From: Naegleria gruberi
Taxonomy: Eukaryota
NCBI GenBank assembly: GCA_000004985.1
Contig: GG739123.1
DNA length: 7,625 nt
Strand: one strand, 5' to 3'
Position numbers and translations under genes: made by a program. The notes beneath the pieces were generated by a model, which worked only from the letters and a program-made list of their open reading frames with translations, was not told the DNA's origin and did no database searches. Position 1 is the first letter of the stretch, and every line of letters starts with the position of its first letter. This document shows, piece by piece, positions 1-6,598 of the stretch.

Positions 1-917
1 AAGGAACTCAAAACATCCATCTCATCATCCTTCTTCTTTTTCTTTTGTGCTTCTGATACAGCCCTTCCTCTAGTTGGAGTGGTAGCAGTTGCTCCACTAG
101 TCGATGTTGATGTAAATGTATTAATACTTGCTTTTGGAACGCTACCTGATTCTGTAGAGTTCATTGTGGTTGGTGAAATTGATTTTGGAGAGGATGACAT
201 TGTATTCAATTGAGAAAGTTCCTTTTCAAATCCTTGAATACTATCTTTTAATTCCTTCAAATCATGATCTTCACTAATATCTGTTCCAACCTCTGACAAA
301 TCATCCGTGTCAGAAAAATCACCAGTTCCAGATAATCCAGTTTCTGATATTTTAGAAGTAGAAGATGATGTTTTTGATGGAAAAAGTAAATGTAAAGGTG
401 TTTTCACAAGTGCAGATCCCAAACTTGAGTTTGAACTTTCTCTCGGTTTCATATTTAAAAGTGATGAATTTTTATCATTTTCATGTTGTTCATTGTTCAA
501 TTGATGAGAAATATTAGAGGAAGATGAAGATAATTTCTTTGGAGTGAGCATACTTTTCAATGATGAAAGACTTTTCTTTCTTTCTTTTAGGGTATTATTC
601 GAAGAAGAGGAAGAATTAGACGAAATGTTGTTGGACGAATTAGTAGACGAAATGTTAGCAGCATTGGCTAAATTATTATTTAATTCAGTTAATAGTGCAG
701 AACTACTGGTAATGGTGAGGGTTCCTCGCTTTGTTGTTGTTGTTGTTGTATTTGATTCTTGTGATGAGCTGTCAGTGTTGGCATTTGACATTGATGAAAC
801 GGATTGGGATCTACGATAGGCATCATTTTCGTTTGGTGATGGTGTTGTAGGTGATGTTGGTTTTTCTGGAATTGTTATTGGTTGAGAAGACGATGACAGC
901 GACTTTCGTTTAAACAT
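1..917 (-). CDS. 5'-partial-in-window CDS (N-terminal 305 codons; 3' end lies beyond position 1): Ser/Thr/Asn-rich low-complexity, probably intrinsically disordered, protein of unknown function
   Basis: Manual translation of the minus strand from ATG (plus-strand 'cat', 915-917) shows no stop through position 1. An in-frame upstream stop (plus-strand 'cta', 939-941) has no intervening ATG, so 917 is the first ATG. The upstream context is A-rich (ataaaaaaaATGttt), which is typical of yeast. The N-terminus (standard code) reads MFKRKSLSSSSQPITIPEKPTSPTTPSPNENDAYRRSQSVSSMSNANTDSSSQESNTTTTTTKRGTLTITSSSALLTELNNNLANAANISSTNSSNNISSNSSSSSNNTLKERKKS... Further on (plus-strand positions about 198-323) it reads ...GDFSDTDDLSEVGTDISEDHDLKELKDSIQGFEKELSQLNTM... 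The Ser/Thr richness is encoded by mixed synonymous codons (TCT, TCA, TCG, TCC, AGT, ACA, ACT, ACC), which indicates selection at the protein level rather than a simple DNA repeat. The frame stays open for more than 300 codons in AT-rich, stop-prone DNA. The ORF track omits it because it has no in-window stop. Confidence 0.75.
   Translation of the reverse strand, partial: MFKRKSLSSSSQPITIPEKPTSPTTPSPNENDAYRRSQSVSSMSNANTDSSSQESNTTTTTTKRGTLTITSSSALLTELNNNLANAANISSTNSSNNISSNSSSSSNNTLKERKKSLSSLKSMLTPKKLSSSSSNISHQLNNEQHENDKNSSLLNMKPRESSNSSLGSALVKTPLHLLFPSKTSSSTSKISETGLSGTGDFSDTDDLSEVGTDISEDHDLKELKDSIQGFEKELSQLNTMSSSPKSISPTTMNSTESGSVPKASINTFTSTSTSGATATTPTRGRAVSEAQKKKKKDDEMDVLSS
618..657. repeat. 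In-frame local duplication: the 12-nt word agacgaaatgtt occurs at 618-629 and 645-656, which is 27-nt spacing (9 codons)
   Basis: Direct reading of ttagacgaaatgttgttggacgaattagtagacgaaatgttagca. On the coding (minus) strand it corresponds to the reiterated NISS/NSS peptide units in ...ANISSTNSSNNISSNSSSSS... This is consistent with repeat expansion in a low-complexity coding region. Confidence 0.6.
731..748. repeat. Trinucleotide microsatellite (TTG)6 on the plus strand, equal to (ACA)6 on the coding strand, encoding a Thr6 tract
   Basis: The plus strand reads ct ttg ttg ttg ttg ttg ttg ta at 729-750. It is in frame within the minus-strand CDS as six ACA codons (the TTTTTT in the protein). 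Confidence 0.9.
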
Positions 918-1141
918 TTTTTTTATGAAATTTGACAGCTAATGGTTTTGACATTTTATGGATGCATGAACTTGGTCATATTTACCAACATACCTTTCTT
1001 TCCAATAACAATTTTATTAGAAAATTGAACTAATGTTTTTTAAAATTTTTGTAAAGTTTTACAACAGATTTGTTTTCCTTCATGTTCGTTCAACAAATAT
1101 GTTCAAATTAGACCGTGGGAGGTGAGAAGGATTGACAAATA

Positions 1142-1153
1142 TTTTTATAAAAA
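1142..1153. promoter_or_regulatory. Perfect 12-bp palindromic TATA element TTTTTATAAAAA (TATAAAA reads the same on both strands)
   Basis: Sequence at 1142-1153 is t5-a-t-a5, which equals its own reverse complement. It lies about 228 bp upstream of the minus-strand ATG at 917, a plausible distance for a yeast core promoter. No other gene is visible before the gap, so assigning it to that gene is an inference. Confidence 0.35.
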
Positions 1154-1253
1154 ATTTAGAAGTCACTCAAAAAACAAAAATTTGTTAAAGTCGAGCCGAA
1201 GGTTTATTGGACCAAGAGTGAGACAGTGTGTTCAAAGTATCAATTACCACTTG

Positions 1254-1264
1254 TTCTTCTAGAA
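1254..1264. promoter_or_regulatory. Minimal heat-shock-element-like motif: TTC TTC ta GAA, containing the palindrome TTCTAGAA (two inverted nGAAn units)
   Basis: Sequence gTTCtTCtaGAAa at 1253-1265. Only two correctly phased nTTCn/nGAAn pentamers are present, whereas a canonical HSE has at least three, so the call is weak. It is about 340 bp upstream of the minus-strand ATG. Confidence 0.15.
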
Positions 1265-1277
1265 ACAAGTACTTCTG

Positions 1278-1295
1278 GGTTCTTGTACATGAACC
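1278..1295. repeat. 18-bp imperfect palindrome GGTTCTTGTACATGAACC (inverted repeat GGTTC/GAACC around a GTAC core; one mismatched pair at 1283/1290); function unknown, candidate dimeric factor binding site
   Basis: Direct reading. Of the 9 symmetric position pairs, 8 are complementary. It lies in the promoter-like region, 14 bp downstream of the HSE-like motif. Confidence 0.4.
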
Positions 1296-1488
1296 TTCGC
1301 TTTAATGTACCAACAATTTCAAGTAAATGGGCAGGCACTTATCTAGATGATGTTTTGGCGAGGTGAATGTAGTAATGGCTGGTGAGGAAGGAAGCAAAGG
1401 GAGAACTCTCCTCATGGTGGCTTCTCAAGGTAGCATGCTGAAGGTGGGAATACCAACCAATATACCTATTTAGCAGGGTGATGAATTC

Positions 1489-4400
1489 NNNNNNNNNNNN
1501 NNNNNNNNNNNNNNNNNNNNNNNNNNNNNNNNNNNNNNNNNNNNNNNNNNNNNNNNNNNNNNNNNNNNNNNNNNNNNNNNNNNNNNNNNNNNNNNNNNNN
1601 NNNNNNNNNNNNNNNNNNNNNNNNNNNNNNNNNNNNNNNNNNNNNNNNNNNNNNNNNNNNNNNNNNNNNNNNNNNNNNNNNNNNNNNNNNNNNNNNNNNN
1701 NNNNNNNNNNNNNNNNNNNNNNNNNNNNNNNNNNNNNNNNNNNNNNNNNNNNNNNNNNNNNNNNNNNNNNNNNNNNNNNNNNNNNNNNNNNNNNNNNNNN
1801 NNNNNNNNNNNNNNNNNNNNNNNNNNNNNNNNNNNNNNNNNNNNNNNNNNNNNNNNNNNNNNNNNNNNNNNNNNNNNNNNNNNNNNNNNNNNNNNNNNNN
1901 NNNNNNNNNNNNNNNNNNNNNNNNNNNNNNNNNNNNNNNNNNNNNNNNNNNNNNNNNNNNNNNNNNNNNNNNNNNNNNNNNNNNNNNNNNNNNNNNNNNN
2001 NNNNNNNNNNNNNNNNNNNNNNNNNNNNNNNNNNNNNNNNNNNNNNNNNNNNNNNNNNNNNNNNNNNNNNNNNNNNNNNNNNNNNNNNNNNNNNNNNNNN
2101 NNNNNNNNNNNNNNNNNNNNNNNNNNNNNNNNNNNNNNNNNNNNNNNNNNNNNNNNNNNNNNNNNNNNNNNNNNNNNNNNNNNNNNNNNNNNNNNNNNNN
2201 NNNNNNNNNNNNNNNNNNNNNNNNNNNNNNNNNNNNNNNNNNNNNNNNNNNNNNNNNNNNNNNNNNNNNNNNNNNNNNNNNNNNNNNNNNNNNNNNNNNN
2301 NNNNNNNNNNNNNNNNNNNNNNNNNNNNNNNNNNNNNNNNNNNNNNNNNNNNNNNNNNNNNNNNNNNNNNNNNNNNNNNNNNNNNNNNNNNNNNNNNNNN
2401 NNNNNNNNNNNNNNNNNNNNNNNNNNNNNNNNNNNNNNNNNNNNNNNNNNNNNNNNNNNNNNNNNNNNNNNNNNNNNNNNNNNNNNNNNNNNNNNNNNNN
2501 NNNNNNNNNNNNNNNNNNNNNNNNNNNNNNNNNNNNNNNNNNNNNNNNNNNNNNNNNNNNNNNNNNNNNNNNNNNNNNNNNNNNNNNNNNNNNNNNNNNN
2601 NNNNNNNNNNNNNNNNNNNNNNNNNNNNNNNNNNNNNNNNNNNNNNNNNNNNNNNNNNNNNNNNNNNNNNNNNNNNNNNNNNNNNNNNNNNNNNNNNNNN
2701 NNNNNNNNNNNNNNNNNNNNNNNNNNNNNNNNNNNNNNNNNNNNNNNNNNNNNNNNNNNNNNNNNNNNNNNNNNNNNNNNNNNNNNNNNNNNNNNNNNNN
2801 NNNNNNNNNNNNNNNNNNNNNNNNNNNNNNNNNNNNNNNNNNNNNNNNNNNNNNNNNNNNNNNNNNNNNNNNNNNNNNNNNNNNNNNNNNNNNNNNNNNN
2901 NNNNNNNNNNNNNNNNNNNNNNNNNNNNNNNNNNNNNNNNNNNNNNNNNNNNNNNNNNNNNNNNNNNNNNNNNNNNNNNNNNNNNNNNNNNNNNNNNNNN
3001 NNNNNNNNNNNNNNNNNNNNNNNNNNNNNNNNNNNNNNNNNNNNNNNNNNNNNNNNNNNNNNNNNNNNNNNNNNNNNNNNNNNNNNNNNNNNNNNNNNNN
3101 NNNNNNNNNNNNNNNNNNNNNNNNNNNNNNNNNNNNNNNNNNNNNNNNNNNNNNNNNNNNNNNNNNNNNNNNNNNNNNNNNNNNNNNNNNNNNNNNNNNN
3201 NNNNNNNNNNNNNNNNNNNNNNNNNNNNNNNNNNNNNNNNNNNNNNNNNNNNNNNNNNNNNNNNNNNNNNNNNNNNNNNNNNNNNNNNNNNNNNNNNNNN
3301 NNNNNNNNNNNNNNNNNNNNNNNNNNNNNNNNNNNNNNNNNNNNNNNNNNNNNNNNNNNNNNNNNNNNNNNNNNNNNNNNNNNNNNNNNNNNNNNNNNNN
3401 NNNNNNNNNNNNNNNNNNNNNNNNNNNNNNNNNNNNNNNNNNNNNNNNNNNNNNNNNNNNNNNNNNNNNNNNNNNNNNNNNNNNNNNNNNNNNNNNNNNN
3501 NNNNNNNNNNNNNNNNNNNNNNNNNNNNNNNNNNNNNNNNNNNNNNNNNNNNNNNNNNNNNNNNNNNNNNNNNNNNNNNNNNNNNNNNNNNNNNNNNNNN
3601 NNNNNNNNNNNNNNNNNNNNNNNNNNNNNNNNNNNNNNNNNNNNNNNNNNNNNNNNNNNNNNNNNNNNNNNNNNNNNNNNNNNNNNNNNNNNNNNNNNNN
3701 NNNNNNNNNNNNNNNNNNNNNNNNNNNNNNNNNNNNNNNNNNNNNNNNNNNNNNNNNNNNNNNNNNNNNNNNNNNNNNNNNNNNNNNNNNNNNNNNNNNN
3801 NNNNNNNNNNNNNNNNNNNNNNNNNNNNNNNNNNNNNNNNNNNNNNNNNNNNNNNNNNNNNNNNNNNNNNNNNNNNNNNNNNNNNNNNNNNNNNNNNNNN
3901 NNNNNNNNNNNNNNNNNNNNNNNNNNNNNNNNNNNNNNNNNNNNNNNNNNNNNNNNNNNNNNNNNNNNNNNNNNNNNNNNNNNNNNNNNNNNNNNNNNNN
4001 NNNNNNNNNNNNNNNNNNNNNNNNNNNNNNNNNNNNNNNNNNNNNNNNNNNNNNNNNNNNNNNNNNNNNNNNNNNNNNNNNNNNNNNNNNNNNNNNNNNN
4101 NNNNNNNNNNNNNNNNNNNNNNNNNNNNNNNNNNNNNNNNNNNNNNNNNNNNNNNNNNNNNNNNNNNNNNNNNNNNNNNNNNNNNNNNNNNNNNNNNNNN
4201 NNNNNNNNNNNNNNNNNNNNNNNNNNNNNNNNNNNNNNNNNNNNNNNNNNNNNNNNNNNNNNNNNNNNNNNNNNNNNNNNNNNNNNNNNNNNNNNNNNNN
4301 NNNNNNNNNNNNNNNNNNNNNNNNNNNNNNNNNNNNNNNNNNNNNNNNNNNNNNNNNNNNNNNNNNNNNNNNNNNNNNNNNNNNNNNNNNNNNNNNNNNN

Positions 4401-6239
4401 NNNNNNNNNNNNNNNNNNNNNNNNNNNNNNNNNNNNNNNNNNNNNNNNNNNNNNNNNNNNNNNNNNNNNNNNNNNNNNNNNNNNNNNNNNNNNNNNNNNN
4501 NNNNNNNNNNNNNNNNNNNNNNNNNNNNNNNNNNNNNNNNNNNNNNNNNNNNNNNNNNNNNNNNNNNNNNNNNNNNNNNNNNNNNNNNNNNNNNNNNNNN
4601 NNNNNNNNNNNNNNNNNNNNNNNNNNNNNNNNNNNNNNNNNNNNNNNNNNNNNNNNNNNNNNNNNNNNNNNNNNNNNNNNNNNNNNNNNNNNNNNNNNNN
4701 NNNNNNNNNNNNNNNNNNNNNNNNNNNNNNNNNNNNNNNNNNNNNNNNNNNNNNNNNNNNNNNNNNNNNNNNNNNNNNNNNNNNNNNNNNNNNNNNNNNN
4801 NNNNNNNNNNNNNNNNNNNNNNNNNNNNNNNNNNNNNNNNNNNNNNNNNNNNNNNNNNNNNNNNNNNNNNNNNNNNNNNNNNNNNNNNNNNNNNNNNNNN
4901 NNNNNNNNNNNNNNNNNNNNNNNNNNNNNNNNNNNNNNNNNNNNNNNNNNNNNNNNNNNNNNNNNNNNNNNNNNNNNNNNNNNNNNNNNNNNNNNNNNNN
5001 NNNNNNNNNNNNNNNNNNNNNNNNNNNNNNNNNNNNNNNNNNNNNNNNNNNNNNNNNNNNNNNNNNNNNNNNNNNNNNNNNNNNNNNNNNNNNNNNNNNN
5101 NNNNNNNNNNNNNNNNNNNNNNNNNNNNNNNNNNNNNNNNNNNNNNNNNNNNNNNNNNNNNNNNNNNNNNNNNNNNNNNNNNNNNNNNNNNNNNNNNNNN
5201 NNNNNNNNNNNNNNNNNNNNNNNNNNNNNNNNNNNNNNNNNNNNNNNNNNNNNNNNNNNNNNNNNNNNNNNNNNNNNNNNNNNNNNNNNNNNNNNNNNNN
5301 NNNNNNNNNNNNNNNNNNNNNNNNNNNNNNNNNNNNNNNNNNNNNNNNNNNNNNNNNNNNNNNNNNNNNNNNNNNNNNNNNNNNNNNNNNNNNNNNNNNN
5401 NNNNNNNNNNNNNNNNNNNNNNNNNNNNNNNNNNNNNNNNNNNNNNNNNNNNNNNNNNNNNNNNNNNNNNNNNNNNNNNNNNNNNNNNNNNNNNNNNNNN
5501 NNNNNNNNNNNNNNNNNNNNNNNNNNNNNNNNNNNNNNNNNNNNNNNNNNNNNNNNNNNNNNNNNNNNNNNNNNNNNNNNNNNNNNNNNNNNNNNNNNNN
5601 NNNNNNNNNNNNNNNNNNNNNNNNNNNNNNNNNNNNNNNNNNNNNNNNNNNNNNNNNNNNNNNNNNNNNNNNNNNNNNNNNNNNNNNNNNNNNNNNNNNN
5701 NNNNNNNNNNNNNNNNNNNNNNNNNNNNNNNNNNNNNNNNNNNNNNNNNNNNNNNNNNNNNNNNNNNNNNNNNNNNNNNNNNNNNNNNNNNNNNNNNNNN
5801 NNNNNNNNNNNNNNNNNNNNNNNNNNNNNNNNNNNNNNNNNNNNNNNNNNNNNNNNNNNNNNNNNNNNNNNNNNNNNNNNNNNNNNNNNNNNNNNNNNNN
5901 NNNNNNNNNNNNNNNNNNNNNNNNNNNNNNNNNNNNNNNNNNNNNNNNNNNNNNNNNNNNNNNNNNNNNNNNNNNNNNNNNNNNNNNNNNNNNNNNNNNN
6001 NNNNNNNNNNNNNNNNNNNNNNNNNNNNNNNNNNNNNNNNNNNNNNNNNNNNNNNNNNNNNNNNNNNNNNNNNNNNNNNNNNNNNNNNNNNNNNNNNNNN
6101 NNNNNNNNNNNNNNNNNNNNNNNNNNNNNNNNNNNNNNNNNNNNNNNNNNNNNNNNNNNNNNNNNNNNNNNNNNNNNNNNNNNNNNNNNNNNNNNNNNNN
6201 NNNNNNNNNNNNNNNNNNNNNNNNNNNNNNNNNNNNNNN
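1489..6239. other. Assembly or scaffold gap: 4,751 consecutive N
   Basis: Direct reading. The last called base before the gap is c at 1488 (it ends ...atgaattc) and the first after it is a at 6240. The non-round length suggests an estimated gap size rather than a fixed placeholder. Any ORF crossing it is an artefact. Confidence 0.99.
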
Positions 6240-6598
6240 ATATACAAAATGGGAATACTAGACAAACCAGGAAACATAATTAGTGAATTCAGATGCTTTC
6301 CCAGGTCATAGAAAATCTACCTCAGATTACCAGAGACGTTTACAATTCCTAATGAGAAGAAAATGATGGATTTCAAAGTGATTGCAGAGTTACTGTGTTC
6401 CTCTAGTTCACTGCATAAAGTCAGAAACACTCTTTTCAATGAATTGAAATAATATTAAAGATTAATAGATGATCTGATATCAACTTTGATTACATGTAGA
6501 AATTCAACATGATGGAATTTTATTGATTTGAAGGTGAAATAATCATGATGGTGTAGCTGATTATTAATAACAGCTGTTTTCAACTTCATACGAAAAAA

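Noticed and set aside
307-819. Plus-strand ORFs 307..504 (65 aa) and 544..819 (91 aa, with EEEEELDEMLLDELVDEML and VVVVVVF)
   Set aside because: They lie antisense within the much longer minus-strand CDS (917 to 1). Their odd composition (poly-E, poly-V) is the reverse-complement shadow of the sense strand's Ser (TCT/TCA) and Thr (ACA) runs. They are short and start in poor context.
1228-1316. TGTT...CCAACA termini (tgttcaaag at 1228, ccaaca at 1310-1315) as a possible solo LTR of a Ty-like retrotransposon
   Set aside because: The span is only about 88 bp, far shorter than known yeast LTRs. There are no flanking target-site duplications and no internal U3/R/U5-like structure. It is probably chance.
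1385-1406. 22-nt polypurine run gaggaaggaagcaaagggagaa as a functional triplex or GAGA-type element
   Set aside because: It is a single occurrence interrupted by a C, with no flanking repeat or symmetry. This is insufficient to claim function. It is noted only as part of the GC-richer patch.
1340-1488. Possible tRNA, 5S or other small RNA gene in the GC-richer patch next to the gap
   Set aside because: No B-box or T-loop consensus (GGTTCGANTCC), no A-box (TRGCNNAGTGG) and no cloverleaf-compatible pairing on either strand. There is no resemblance to the yeast 5S rRNA sequence I can recall. Composition alone is not evidence.
1466-6283. ORF-track entries 1466..6277 (minus, 1603 aa) and 1478..6283 (plus, 1601 aa)
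   Set aside because: More than 99% of their length is the N run translated as X. Only 4-12 real codons at each end are actual sequence. They are gap artefacts, not genes.
6362-6552. Recurring heptamer ATGATGG (6363, 6510, 6545) as a specific regulatory motif
   Set aside because: ATGATG words are also frequent elsewhere in the window (for example 363-369, 559-564, 1346-1351). This looks like genome-wide oligonucleotide bias in AT-rich DNA rather than a site-specific element. Its consequence, multiple uATGs, is kept as a finding.
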